The notes: generated by a model from the sequence alone, not told the origin. A stretch of DNA of 64,000 nt from an uncultured Myxococcia bacterium (GCA_964471535.1 CAYYHA010000001.1:6285-70284), one strand, 5' to 3'. Numbered from the stretch's first letter, positions 45,970-58,671 are shown. Program-made: numbers and translations.

Positions 45970-46282
45970 GGCGGACTCCTTGGGCTGGGGTGCATCGCCG
46001 TGACGGGCCACGACGGAGAGAGCCTAGTCTCTGCCGTCGCCTCTGCCAACGGCCGGCTCCCTCGGGTCGGCCCGGCCGTGGCGGGGCCCCCTACTCCGCG
46101 TGGTCACGGAGGCGCCAGCCGAAAGGGTGGCCCCACACGAGGCCCTGCGAACGACGGTCGTGGCGATCGCGGACGCGTACCGCGAGGCGGGTCTCGAAGT
46201 CGCCTGCCACGGCCTCGAGGCCATCGCACCAGTGGCCGCCGGGCCGGTCGGTGCGGGTGCGTGATCCCGCCCCGCCGCCTCC

Positions 46283-47256
46283 TCATCGGCAGGTGACGCG
46301 GGCGATCTCCCCTGAGGACTCGGAGACGGTGACGTAGCCGCCCTCGGGGCGGTAGGCCACTGCCTCTCCCTGCGGCTCGAAGCGCGCCGGGAGCCGCTCG
46401 TGGGGGCGCGTCGGGAGCGACGCGTCGATCCCGTCCCGCACATCGAACTCCCACAGGGCGGTGTAGGTGCGAAGCAGCAGGAAGCCCTCGGGGTGCAGGT
46501 CGGCCGCGGTCACCCAATCCGTCGCCGCTCCGGCCCCACCGAAGAGCGGGGGGTCGAGGCGCGCCCGGGACACGGGCCGCGGCGTCGCCTCGACGAGGTC
46601 GAGGGTGAACACCTCCACGTAGCCTTCGCGGCCCTTGGTCACGAGCACTACCGTCCCGTCCTCGGCCACTGCGAGAGCCTCGGCGTCTCGGGGCCCCCCG
46701 GGCCAGGTGAAGGAGATCGTACGCGCGGCGGCCACCTTGCGTGGTGGAAAGGGGCCGCGCACCCGAGGCTCGGGCAGGACGTGGACCGCCACCTGTGGAC
46801 GCCTGGCGTCGTTGTCTCCGATGTCACCCACATAGAGGCAGCGGCGGCCCTTGACGTCTTTGGGGCAGACGCCCGAGGCGATGTCCTCCCAATCCACGTT
46901 CGTCACCCCGGTGAGCTCGATGCGCCCGAGGCGCCGGCCGTCCTCGGTCACGGCGAAGAGGTCGGGTGGGTTCCCCGAGTCGTTGTGGATCCACAGGACG
47001 CCCGGCTCCAAGGCGCTCGTGGCCACACCGCTGGCCTCGGTGAGACCCGAGATGTCGTAGCGTCCCGAGACCTCCACCTCGCCGAGTCGCGCGCAGCGGA
47101 CGAAGTCGTGGACAGGCTGCGGTTCCGGTGGATCCGTGCCCGGCGCGGCCGCCGGCGGGCTCGGGCGCGCGCAGGCGGCCCACGCCAGGAGCAGGCCGGC
47201 GCAGCAGAGGTGGGAGGGGACATGACGGAGGCCCACGGGGCGACTATAACCTCCCC

Positions 47257-47272
<16 letters not shown>
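46283..47272 (-). CDS. Hypothetical lipoprotein, beta-propeller-like (YjiK/phytase-like fold suspected)
   Basis: It has a signal and lipobox (LLLAWAAC; the start is ATG 47272 or GTG 47236). [15 protein letters not shown]... and [10 protein letters not shown] blocks are present. The family assignment is weak. Confidence 0.55.
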
Positions 47273-47952
<680 letters not shown>

Positions 47953-48021
47953 CGCCACAGGGGGGAGGCGGCGGCGCAGGAGACGTTGTCCGCCGGGGCG
48001 CCCTGGTGCGAGATTGCGCCC

Positions 48022-48438
48022 ATGGCTGGCTATTGGCTGGTGAAGCAGGAGCCGAGCGCTTATCCCTTCTCACAGCTCGTGAAGGATCGGCGCACCGAGT
48101 GGGACGGGGTCCGCAACTACCAGGCGCGGAACAACTTGAAGGCGATGAAGAAGGGGGACCTGGTCCTCTACTACCACTCGGTGAAGGAGAAGCGCGTGGT
48201 GGGGATCGCCCGGGTGGTTCGGGAGGCCTATCCCGATCCCAGCACCGACGACCCGCGGTGGGTCGCGGTGGATCTCGAAGCGGTGCGTCCCCTCGAGCGC
48301 CCCGTGACCCTCGAGGAGATCAAGGCCGATCCGAAGCTCGCCGAGATCCCACTCGTCCGGCAGTCCCGGCTCTCGGTGATGTCCCTGAAGAAGGCCGAGT
48401 TCGATCGCATCCTGAACCTCGGTCGAACCCAGATCTAG
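48022..48438 (+). CDS. EVE (PUA-like) domain protein
   Basis: MAGYWLVKQEPSAY...DLVLYYHS... matches the EVE domain signature. Confidence 0.85.
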   Translation: MAGYWLVKQEPSAYPFSQLVKDRRTEWDGVRNYQARNNLKAMKKGDLVLYYHSVKEKRVVGIARVVREAYPDPSTDDPRWVAVDLEAVRPLERPVTLEEIKADPKLAEIPLVRQSRLSVMSLKKAEFDRILNLGRTQI

Positions 48439-48487
48439 GACCCGTTCTCAGACAACCTGCAGAGGACCCTCTCTCCAAGGACGGATC

Positions 48488-48868
48488 ATGCGTGCACTCC
48501 TCCTCGTCGCCCTCGGAGGGGCCATTGGTGCCAGCGGCCGGTGGGCCACCGGTCTGGCCGTGACGCGGCTCGCCGGCACCCGCTATCCCTTCGCCACCTT
48601 CGCCGTGAACGTGATCGGCTCCCTCCTCATCGGACTCGTCCTCGAAGCCACGGAGCGGCCCGGCCTCTTTGCGGCCGAGATCCGCCTCGCCGTGGCCACC
48701 GGTCTGCTCGGCGCCTTCACCACCTTCTCCACATTCAGCTTCGAGACCCTGCGTCTCATCCGGGGAGGCGAGTATGGGCCAGCGCTGCTCAACGCCGTCG
48801 GGAGCGTCGTCGTCTGCCTGGGAGCCTGCGCTCTCGGCGTCGGCCTCGCGCGCCTCGTGACGCGGTAG
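48488..48868 (+). CDS. crcB: Fluoride ion channel CrcB/FluC
   Basis: It is 126 aa with 4 TM helices and the G.LGAFTTFSTF motif. Confidence 0.9.
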   Translation: MRALLLVALGGAIGASGRWATGLAVTRLAGTRYPFATFAVNVIGSLLIGLVLEATERPGLFAAEIRLAVATGLLGAFTTFSTFSFETLRLIRGGEYGPALLNAVGSVVVCLGACALGVGLARLVTR

Positions 48869-48940
48869 GCGGGTGCGCGGCAGTCGTGGGTGCAGCGGGG
48901 ATCGTGGCGCGACGCGACGTGGCGGCCTACGCTCTCGGTC

Positions 48941-51130
<2,190 letters not shown>

Positions 51131-51198
51131 GCGCCGCGCGGTCTGGATGCGCGCCGGGCAGCGCCCGATTCTCTCGGGTTGCCGAGCGGCGATGCGAC

Positions 51199-52644
51199 CT
51201 ATGCGGCTTTGGCCGCCTCCTTCAGCTCGGCGGCGAGCTGTTGCAGCACGGCCTTCGCGTCCCCAAAGATCATCATGCAGTTGTCCCGCTCGAAGAGCTC
51301 GTTCTTGATGCCAGCGAAGCCCGGGGAGAGGGAGCGCTTGATGACGAAGACGGTGCGCGCCTCGTGCACCTTGAGGATCGGCATCCCGTAGATGGGCGAG
51401 CCCGGTGTGGTCTCCGCGGCCGGGTTCACCACGTCGTTCGCGCCCACCACGATCACCACGTCGGTGTTCTTGAACTCAGGGTTGATCTGGTCCATCTCGA
51501 CCAGCTTCTCGTAGGGCACGTCCGCCTCGGCGAGGAGCACGTTCATGTGGCCGGGCATGCGGCCGGCCACCGGATGGATGGCGTACTTCACCGAGCAGCC
51601 CCGCGCTTCGAGGAGGTCCCCGAGCTCCTTGCAGGCGTGCTGCGCCTGCGCCACGGCAAGCCCGTACCCGGGAACGATGATGCAGCTCTCGGCCGCCTCG
51701 AGGACCATGGCCGCTTCCTCGGGGCCGCAGCTGCGCACGTTCTTGTAGTCCCGCGCGTCCTCGCTGACGCCCGATCCGCCCTCGCTGCCGAAGCCGCCGA
51801 AGAGCACGTTGGCGAGCGAGCGGTTCATGGCGACGCACATGATCTGGGTCAGGATGAATCCGGCGCAGCCGACCAGCGAGCCGGCGATGATGAGCACATT
51901 GTTGTGGAGCACGAAGCCCGTGGCGGCCGCAGCGAGGCCGGAGTAGCTGTTGAGCAGCGAAATCACCACCGGCATGTCGGCGCCGCCGATGGGGATGACC
52001 GCCATGATTCCCAGAATCAGAGAAGCGGCAGCGACTCCAAGGACGAGGTAGGTGTTCACCTCGAGTTCGGTGAACCCGAACACGCCGTAGATACCCAGGC
52101 CGAGGCTGCCGAGGAGGAGGACGGCGTTGATGAAATGGCGGCCCGGGAGCAGGATGGGGTTTCCGCTGATCTTCCCGGCGAGCTTCCCATAGGCCACCAC
52201 GCTCCCGGAGAAGGTCACGCCGCCAATCAGGACCGAGAGGATGAGCGTGACCGCCGGAGCCGCGCCCAGAGCACCGGCCGGTGAGACGTTCCGTCCGGGC
52301 TCGACCACCTCACCGAAGAAAACGGAGAGCGCCACCAGCGCCGAAGCGAGTCCGCCCGAGCCGTTGAAGAGCGCGACCATCTCGGGCATCTCGGTCATCT
52401 CCACCTTCACGGCCGCGACGGCGCCGATGAGTCCGCCCACGGCGAAGCCAATGACGATCCAGCGGTAGTCGATGGAGCCGAGTTCCACGAAGGTGGCGAC
52501 CACCGCAATGAGCATGGCGAGCGCGGAGAGGGCATTGCCCCGGCGCGCGGTGCGCACGTGCGTCATTCGCTTCAGCCCGAGGATGAAGAGCACACTCGAG
52601 ATGAGGTAGGCGAGGGCGACGATGGTTTCGCGGCTGCTCATCAC
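51199..52644 (-). CDS. pntB: NAD(P) transhydrogenase subunit beta
   Basis: A polytopic N-terminus is followed by the NADP(H)-binding dIII domain (...GYGLAVAQAQH...GANDVVNPAA...). Confidence 0.95.
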   Translation of the reverse strand: MMSSRETIVALAYLISSVLFILGLKRMTHVRTARRGNALSALAMLIAVVATFVELGSIDYRWIVIGFAVGGLIGAVAAVKVEMTEMPEMVALFNGSGGLASALVALSVFFGEVVEPGRNVSPAGALGAAPAVTLILSVLIGGVTFSGSVVAYGKLAGKISGNPILLPGRHFINAVLLLGSLGLGIYGVFGFTELEVNTYLVLGVAAASLILGIMAVIPIGGADMPVVISLLNSYSGLAAAATGFVLHNNVLIIAGSLVGCAGFILTQIMCVAMNRSLANVLFGGFGSEGGSGVSEDARDYKNVRSCGPEEAAMVLEAAESCIIVPGYGLAVAQAQHACKELGDLLEARGCSVKYAIHPVAGRMPGHMNVLLAEADVPYEKLVEMDQINPEFKNTDVVIVVGANDVVNPAAETTPGSPIYGMPILKVHEARTVFVIKRSLSPGFAGIKNELFERDNCMMIFGDAKAVLQQLAAELKEAAKAA

Positions 52645-52934
52645 TTCGCCTTCTTCTTGGTGCCGAACATCCCCAGCATGCGATCGGTGACGAGATAGCC
52701 GCCCACCACGTTGATGGTGGCGGCCGCTACCGCGCAGGCGCCGAGAATGTTCGCGACGGTGGGGGCGCCGGTGGTCGCAGCGCTGATCGACCCCACGAGC
52801 GTGATCCCGCTGATGGCGTTGGCCCCGCTCATCAGCGGCGTGTGCAGGGTGGGCGGGACCTTGTTGATCACCTCGAAGCCGACGAAGCCGGCGAGCACGA
52901 GCACGTAGATGCTGACGATGAGCGCGCCTGTCAT
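52641..52934 (-). CDS. NAD(P) transhydrogenase alpha subunit, membrane part 2 (PntAB small subunit)
   Basis: The 97-aa hydrophobic protein lies between the alpha-1 and beta subunits, with overlapping stop and start codons on both sides. Confidence 0.9.
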   Translation of the reverse strand: MTGALIVSIYVLVLAGFVGFEVINKVPPTLHTPLMSGANAISGITLVGSISAATTGAPTVANILGACAVAAATINVVGGYLVTDRMLGMFGTKKKAK

Positions 52935-54067
52935 GACTCGAGCGCCTCCCGGGTGGGGCCGTGGCGTACCTCGCCCTGGTGGGTGAGCACCGCGGCGGTG
53001 AGGATGTCGTTCTCGAGATCGATCCGAAGCTGCCCCTCGTCGAGCAGCTCGAAGACGAGTTCCTGCACGTTGCGTGCGTAGAGCATGCTGGCGTCGGCAG
53101 GGAGGGTCGCAGGCAGGTTCGGATGGCCCACGATCGTCACACCTTCGTGGACGATGGTCTTCCCGTATTCGGAGACTTCGCAGTTGCCGCCGGCTTCCAC
53201 CGCCATGTCCACGATCACCGAGCCCGGGCGCATGCTCTCGACCATCGCCCGGGTCAGCAGCTTTGGCGCCGGTCGGCCGGGAACGAGGGCGGTGGTGATC
53301 ACCACATCGGCGTGCCGCACGTGCTCGGCGACGATGGCCTGCTGCTTGGCGAGGAACTCCGGGGTGATCTCCTTGGCGTAGCCGCCCGTCTCGGCGCTCG
53401 ACTCCTGCATCTCGGGAAGGTCGATGAACTTCGCCCCGAGGGACTCCACCTGCTCCTTCACCTCGGCGCGGATGTCGCTGACCTCCACCACCGCTCCGAG
53501 GCGGCGCGCCGTGGCGATGGCCTGCAGCCCCGCCACCCCCGCACCCATGATGACGACCCGCGCCGGCTTCACGGTCCCGGCCGCCGTCATGAGGAGGGGG
53601 AAGTACTTCGGCAGGTGGTTCGCAGCGACGAGCACTGCCTTGTAGCCGCCGATGCTCGCCTGGGAGGAGAGCGCATCCATCTTCTGCGCCCGCGTGATCC
53701 GCGGAACGAGCTCCATCGCGATCGCCGTGATCTTCCGGTCACGAAGCGTGCGCACCACATCCAGGTTTTTGTGCGGTGCCAGGAAGCCGCACACCACCGC
53801 GCCTTCCCGCAGCCCGGCGAGCTCCTCGGGAAGCGGCACCCGCACCTTCAGCAAGAGGTCGGTCTCGGGCAGGGCGCTCCGGACGTCGTCCACGAGACGT
53901 GCCCCGGCATCGGCATAGGCCTCGTCGGAGATGAAGGCCCCGGCGCCGGCGCCCCGCTCGACAGCCACGGCGAGCCCCTTCTCCGAGAGCTTGGCCACCG
54001 TCTCAGGGGTCGCCGCCACACGGGTCTCACCCTCGGCCCGCTCCTTAGGTACCAACGCTTGCAGCAC
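52931..54067 (-). CDS. NAD(P) transhydrogenase alpha subunit part 1 (alanine-dehydrogenase-like dI domain)
   Basis: VIMGAGVAGLQAIATARRLGA (Rossmann GxGxxG) and the AlaDH/PNT N-terminal and C-terminal domains are present. Confidence 0.9.
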   Translation of the reverse strand: MLQALVPKERAEGETRVAATPETVAKLSEKGLAVAVERGAGAGAFISDEAYADAGARLVDDVRSALPETDLLLKVRVPLPEELAGLREGAVVCGFLAPHKNLDVVRTLRDRKITAIAMELVPRITRAQKMDALSSQASIGGYKAVLVAANHLPKYFPLLMTAAGTVKPARVVIMGAGVAGLQAIATARRLGAVVEVSDIRAEVKEQVESLGAKFIDLPEMQESSAETGGYAKEITPEFLAKQQAIVAEHVRHADVVITTALVPGRPAPKLLTRAMVESMRPGSVIVDMAVEAGGNCEVSEYGKTIVHEGVTIVGHPNLPATLPADASMLYARNVQELVFELLDEGQLRIDLENDILTAAVLTHQGEVRHGPTREALES

Positions 54068-54095
54068 GGTGCCTTCCCTCCGCAGTGACCTCCGC

Positions 54096-54557
54096 TCACG
54101 CGAAGTAGCGGAAGACGACCTCCGCCACCATCGCCGGCTTCTCGCTGCCCTCGACCTCGGTGGTGCAGACCATCACCGCCTGCACGCCACCCTTCACCTC
54201 TTCGACGGTTTTCACCTCCACACCCAGGCGAATCTTCGAGCCCACGGGGACGGGCGCAGGGAAGCGCACCTTGTTCAGTCCATAGTTGATCGCCATCTTG
54301 ATGCCCTGCACGTCCAGCACCTGGTGGTAGAGGTGAGGGACGAGGGAGAGCGTCAGATAGCCATGGGCGATGGTGGTCCCGAAGGGGGATTCCTTGGCTG
54401 CCCGCTCGGGATCGACGTGGATCCACTGGTGGTCGAGGGTGGCGTCGGCGAAGGCGTTGACGCGATCCTGATCCACCACCATCCACTCCGAATGGCCAAG
54501 GTGCTTGCCGGCCAGTGCCTTGACTTCCTCGATGCCGTTTACCGTTGTCGCTGCCAT
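54096..54557 (-). CDS. MaoC-like (R)-specific enoyl-CoA hydratase, hot-dog fold
   Basis: The DxNPxH-type motif appears as DHQWIHVDPERAAKESPFGTTIAHG, typical of MaoC/PhaJ dehydratases. Confidence 0.85.
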   Translation of the reverse strand: MAATTVNGIEEVKALAGKHLGHSEWMVVDQDRVNAFADATLDHQWIHVDPERAAKESPFGTTIAHGYLTLSLVPHLYHQVLDVQGIKMAINYGLNKVRFPAPVPVGSKIRLGVEVKTVEEVKGGVQAVMVCTTEVEGSEKPAMVAEVVFRYFA

Positions 54558-54724
54558 CTGCCGCTCCTCCTCGCTGGGGTGTCGGGGGACGGAAGGGACG
54601 GCAACGGAGCGGTGAAGTCAACCCTAGGAGGAGCCGGTGGCGGCGCAGCGCGCCGCGCCCTCGCTGCGCCGCCCTCGCCACGATGCCCTCGCCACGATGC
54701 CCTCAGCGCGTTAGCGTAGAGGCA

Positions 54725-55114
54725 ATGCGTCTTTTCCACCTCCTGATGGCCGCGTTCTTCCTCTCCTGCGCGGCCCTCCAATGGAACGATCCGGATCCGG
54801 TGCCGTGGATGAGCGTCTACACGGTGGCCGCGGTGCTCACCCTGACGGCGCAGCGTCTCCCCAAGGGGCCCCTGCTCTGCACCCTGGTTGCGGCGACCGC
54901 GCTCTCCTGGGCGGCCATGATCGCCCCCGGAGCGCGGGGAGCGAACTGGGCCGAGGTCTTCGGCGCCGTCTCCATGAAGACCGAAGCGGTGGAGGTCGCC
55001 CGCGAGACGGCGGGCTTGCTCATCGTCGCGGCGTGGCTCTTTGGGCGCGCCGTGGCGCTGCGCCGCCGCCGGGCCTTGCGATCAGCCGGGGGCGCGGCGG
55101 AGGGACTCGTGTGA
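54725..55114 (+). CDS. Hypothetical small membrane protein (4 predicted TM helices)
   Basis: The internal ATG at 54725 gives MRLFHLLMAAFFLSCAALQWNDPDPVPWMSVY... The ORF-track 5' extension from 54545 is Arg-rich and is rejected. Confidence 0.5.
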   Translation: MRLFHLLMAAFFLSCAALQWNDPDPVPWMSVYTVAAVLTLTAQRLPKGPLLCTLVAATALSWAAMIAPGARGANWAEVFGAVSMKTEAVEVARETAGLLIVAAWLFGRAVALRRRRALRSAGGAAEGLV

Positions 55115-55278
55115 TCGACCGGGGTGAGCGGCTGCGGACGACTCTCTTCATCTGGATCGTCCTTGCGGTGGTGGGCTTCTTTGCCTGGAAACGCTACCAG
55201 GCCAAGCGGCCTCGGCCGGATCCCGGCGAGGCCCGCCGGGCAGCGCTACCGGCGGCGCCACCGGCCAAGGGCGAATAG
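55111..55278 (+). CDS. Possible 55-aa single-TM membrane protein
   Basis: The GTG overlaps the upstream stop as GTGA, giving VIDRGERLRTTLFIWIVLAVVGFFAWKRYQAKRP... It overlaps the 3' end of convergent speE by about 30 nt. This call is speculative. Confidence 0.2.
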   Translation: MIDRGERLRTTLFIWIVLAVVGFFAWKRYQAKRPRPDPGEARRAALPAAPPAKGE

Positions 55279-56142
55279 CGCCGGGTGCACCTCCGCGGAG
55301 TAGAAGCGGCACCCCGTCAGGGCTCCGGCCCGCTCCCGATCCACCTCCGCCGGGTCGTCGCCGAAGGTGGCCAGCACCAGGTTCCACAGCCCCCCCGGAT
55401 AGACGTCGCTCCAGCACACGTAGGGCTCCGCCCGCCCGAAGGCGGCAGCCAGGCCCGTGGTCGCACGTTCGAGCACCTCGGGCAGGTACCAGAAGCTGCC
55501 CCCTTGCACCGCGGCGGCGCCGCCGGGGCGGGTGTGCTCCGCCACCAGCGCATAGAAGGCATCCGAGAAGAGGACCTCACCGGGCCCCACCGGGTCGGTG
55601 CTGTCCACCACGATGAGATCGTAGGGCTCGCTCTGCCCCTTCAGGAAAGTGAGCCCATCCTCGTGGTGCAGATGGAAGCGTGGATCGTCGTCGAGGGGCC
55701 CCGACCCATCGGGCCGCACCCAGAGGGTGGGGAAGAAGTCCCGTGCCGCCCGCGTCACCGCCGGGTCGATGTCGACCAGATCGACGTGAGTCACACCGGG
55801 GTGGCGAAGCGCCTCGCGCGCCGCGCCCCCATCGCCGCCGCCGATCACCAGCACCCGTTTCGGACCCTGGGATGCCCCGCGCCGGCAGAGGCCCGGATGC
55901 ACGAGGAGCTCGTGGTAGCAGGCCTCGTCCGACTCGGCGACCTGCACCGCCTCGTCGAGGACCATCATGCGGCCGTGGCTCTCGGTCTCGAGGACCCGAA
56001 GCCGCTGGTAGGGGGTCTGTTCGTCGCGAAGCACGCGGCGGACGTGCACCGACCAGAGCAGCGCCCCCGGCTGCCAGCTGTCGGTGTACCAGTCGCCCGA
56101 GGGCGAGAGCGCATCGGGCAGGATCTCGATGGGCTTGGCCAT
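55246..56142 (-). CDS. speE: Spermidine synthase (polyamine aminopropyltransferase)
   Basis: VLVIGGGDGGAAREALRH, the DLVDIDP block and the VVDSTDPVGPGE motif are present, with the tetramerisation N-terminus. Confidence 0.9.
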   Translation of the reverse strand: MAKPIEILPDALSPSGDWYTDSWQPGALLWSVHVRRVLRDEQTPYQRLRVLETESHGRMMVLDEAVQVAESDEACYHELLVHPGLCRRGASQGPKRVLVIGGGDGGAAREALRHPGVTHVDLVDIDPAVTRAARDFFPTLWVRPDGSGPLDDDPRFHLHHEDGLTFLKGQSEPYDLIVVDSTDPVGPGEVLFSDAFYALVAEHTRPGGAAAVQGGSFWYLPEVLERATTGLAAAFGRAEPYVCWSDVYPGGLWNLVLATFGDDPAEVDRERAGALTGCRFYSAEVHPALFALGRWRRR

Positions 56143-56166
56143 GGCCGGTTGCAACGCGTTGGGGCT

Positions 56167-56565
56167 TCAGGCGACGCCCGCGACGGCGGGTGCGACCCGC
56201 AGCGGCAGGCGGCCCCGTGCCTCCTCCCGGTACTCCACCTCGGTGGCGCCGAAGCCCTCCTCGAGGAGGCCGGCGAGCCGGGCGAGCTCCGTGGTCTGGC
56301 TGCAGGTGAAGAGATCGAGGGCCGCGTAGCCGTACTCCGGCCAGGTGTGGATGGACAGGTGGCTCTCCGCGATGACGATCACGCCACTGACGCCCCACGG
56401 GGAGAAGGTGTGGAAGGTCTCCTCGACGATGGTGCATTTCAGCTCGACCGCCGTGTCGTGGAGCAGCTTCTGGATGTACGCGGTGTCCTTCAGGGTCTCG
56501 GGGTCGCAACCGTAGAGGTCCACGAGGGCGTGTCGGCCGAGGCTGTGCATCTGGAGGTCCTCCAT
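56167..56565 (-). CDS. speD: S-adenosylmethionine decarboxylase proenzyme, small bacterial type (SpeH/SpeD class 1A)
   Basis: GRHALVDLYGCDPETL and the ESHLSIHTWPE self-cleavage site are present. The start is at 56565 (MEDLQMH) or, more likely, 56550 (MHSLGRH...). Confidence 0.85.
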   Translation of the reverse strand: MEDLQMHSLGRHALVDLYGCDPETLKDTAYIQKLLHDTAVELKCTIVEETFHTFSPWGVSGVIVIAESHLSIHTWPEYGYAALDLFTCSQTTELARLAGLLEEGFGATEVEYREEARGRLPLRVAPAVAGVA

Positions 56566-56779
56566 CGTGGGGCCTGCCGGGCAGGACCCGCTTCGAGGTC
56601 GAGACGACGTGGCGCCGCCAGAGTCGGAGAAAGGAGCGCGCTTTTTCGGACGGATGCCGCCCTGTGTCAAGAAGCCGATGGGCCGTATGACCGGCTCGCC
56701 GAGGCGCGCGCTCGGCAACTTCGTGCCGATGGGGGAAGCGACGGGTCGGGTGCGCGAGGTGTGCTCGCAAGCGGCTGCG

Positions 56780-57682
56780 CTAGGAGATCAGGTACCGCTC
56801 GCCCCCATCGCAGAGCACGGTCACCACGCGGTGACCTGGGCCGAGCCTCTGGGCGAAGTGGAGCGCCACGTGTACGTTCGCACCCGAGGAGGGACCCACG
56901 AGCAGGCCCTCCTCCTTCGCGAGGCGCTCGGCCATGCGATGGGCTTCGGTGTCGGTGACGGTGACCACCTCGTCGATGAGCGAGCGGTCGAGCACCGGGG
57001 GGACGAAGCCGGCGCCGAGCCCCTGGATCCCGTGGAGACCGGGGGAACCTCCAGAGAGCACCGCCGAGCGGGCCGGTTCCACGGCGACCAGACGGGCCGT
57101 CGACCCCTGCTTCCGCAGGTAGCGCCCCACGCCGGTGAAGGTCCCCCCGGTTCCGATGCCCGCGACGAAGACGTCGAGCCGCCCCTCGAGATCCTCGAAG
57201 ATCTCGGGACCCGTGGTCTCCTCGTGGGCCCGGGGGTTCGCCGGGTTCTCGAACTGCTGCGGCATGAAGGCGCCCTCCCGCCGGGCGATGGCGCGGGCCT
57301 CCTCCACGGCGCCCTGCATCCCCTCGAGCGCGCGGGTGAGCACGAGCTCGGCCCCGTAGGCAGCGAGCAGGTAGCGCCGGCCCACGCTCATGTCGTCGGG
57401 CATCACCAGCTTGCAGCGATAGCCGCGTACCGCCGCGATCATCGCCAGGGCGATCCCCGTGTTGCCGCTGGTGGGCTCGACCACGGTCATGCCCGGCTTC
57501 AGCCGCCCGTCGGCCTCGGCCTCGCGGATCATCGCCAGGGCGGCGCGGTCCTTGACGCTCCCACTGGGGTTGGCCAGCTCGCACTTCGCATAGACCTCCG
57601 CCATGTCCTCCTCCACCACGCGGGTGAGGCGGACGAGCGGTGTGCCTCCCACCAGCCCGGGGGCGCCCGTGTCGATGCGCAT
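56780..57682 (-). CDS. cysK: Cysteine synthase A (O-acetylserine sulfhydrylase), PLP-dependent
   Basis: PSGSVKDR is the PLP-binding Lys context. TSGNTGIALA and GIGTGGTFTGVG are the glycine-rich loops. Confidence 0.9.
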   Translation of the reverse strand: MRIDTGAPGLVGGTPLVRLTRVVEEDMAEVYAKCELANPSGSVKDRAALAMIREAEADGRLKPGMTVVEPTSGNTGIALAMIAAVRGYRCKLVMPDDMSVGRRYLLAAYGAELVLTRALEGMQGAVEEARAIARREGAFMPQQFENPANPRAHEETTGPEIFEDLEGRLDVFVAGIGTGGTFTGVGRYLRKQGSTARLVAVEPARSAVLSGGSPGLHGIQGLGAGFVPPVLDRSLIDEVVTVTDTEAHRMAERLAKEEGLLVGPSSGANVHVALHFAQRLGPGHRVVTVLCDGGERYLIS

Positions 57683-57997
57683 GGGAGGACCCTACCCCGC
57701 CTCCCACGGTGGGCGGAATACACTGGGGTGTGAGCGTGACCTGGAGTCACGCTGTGGCGCGGTGGTGGCGTGATCGAGCGCACGGGAGGCGCACCCGGTT
57801 CGCGAGATCGCGCCGCAAGGGGTCGAGCGCCGGCGGAGGCGGCGTCCCAGACGCGCGCGGCGCCCTTGGCACCGTCCTTGAAGAACCAGGCGACGAGTGC
57901 GTCGGAGCGCCAGGTGGCCACCGCCTCCGAGCGGCACGAAGCCAAAACGGCACGAACGCCCAACGATCCGAACCCAAGACGACGAGGTCCACCCGCC

Positions 57998-58582
57998 ATG
58001 AAACGCCAACGTCACCTTTCTCGATGGATTCAGCTCCTTTTCCTCGGGCTCCCGCTGGGCCTCTTCTCCACCGGATGTATCATCGTCTCCGAGCACGGGG
58101 GCTACTGCGGGGAGGAGGAGTTCTGCGGCGATCACCGGGTCGAGCCCGCCGCCGGCGACCGGGATGGCGACGGCCTGCGCGACAGCGAGGAGGCCGGCTA
58201 CGGCTGCGATCCCGACGACCCCGACACCGACGACGACGGGCTCCCCGATGGGGCCGAGGTGGAGGAGGGGACCAACCCGACCGATGCCGACACCGACGAC
58301 GATGGTCTCACCGACGGCCAGGAGGTCGGCGCCGGCACCGATCCCAGCCAGCCCGACACCGACGGCGACGGCCTGATGGACGGGGACGAGCCCTCGCTGG
58401 GCTGCGATCCCGTCGACCCGGACACGGACGACGATGGCTTCCAGGACGGCGACGAGGTCGATCGTGGCACCGATCCCACCGATGCCGACAGCGACGACGA
58501 CGGCACGAGTGACGGGGACGAGATGGCCTGCGGCTCCTCTCCGCTCGACCCCTACATGACCTGCGAGAACGCCTGCCAGTAG
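57998..58582 (+). CDS. Lipoprotein with five thrombospondin-type-3-like calcium-binding repeats
   Basis: It has a signal and lipobox (LFSTGC). The repeats are [48 protein letters not shown] and [12 protein letters not shown]. The DNA shows matching tandem ~39-nt repeats. Confidence 0.8.
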   Translation: MKRQRHLSRWIQLLFLGLPLGLFSTGCIIVSEHGGYCGEEEFCGDHRVEPAAGDRDGDGLRDSEEAGYGCDPDDPDTDDDGLPDGAEVEEGTNPTDADTDDDGLTDGQEVGAGTDPSQPDTDGDGLMDGDEPSLGCDPVDPDTDDDGFQDGDEVDRGTDPTDADSDDDGTSDGDEMACGSSPLDPYMTCENACQ

Positions 58583-58671
58583 CACGCGCCCAGGGACGCT
58601 CGCCCCAAGGGGGGACGGCCGGGAGCCGAACGGCTCCCGGCTTCTTGGTCCTCTGGCGTAGACTGCCGGAG

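Noticed and set aside
48439-48487. Fluoride riboswitch upstream of crcB
   Set aside because: The spacer is too short (49 nt) and lacks the conserved crcB-motif nucleotides.
56620-56660. Possible terminator hairpin between cysK and speD (GGAGCGCGCTTTTTCGGACGG)
   Set aside because: On the transcribed (minus) strand the T-run becomes an A-run, and the palindrome GAGCGCGCTC is too short to be a convincing intrinsic terminator.
55285-56958. 557-aa + ORF and the 397-aa minus ORF 55577-56770
   Set aside because: They are antisense or out of frame to speE, speD and cysK.
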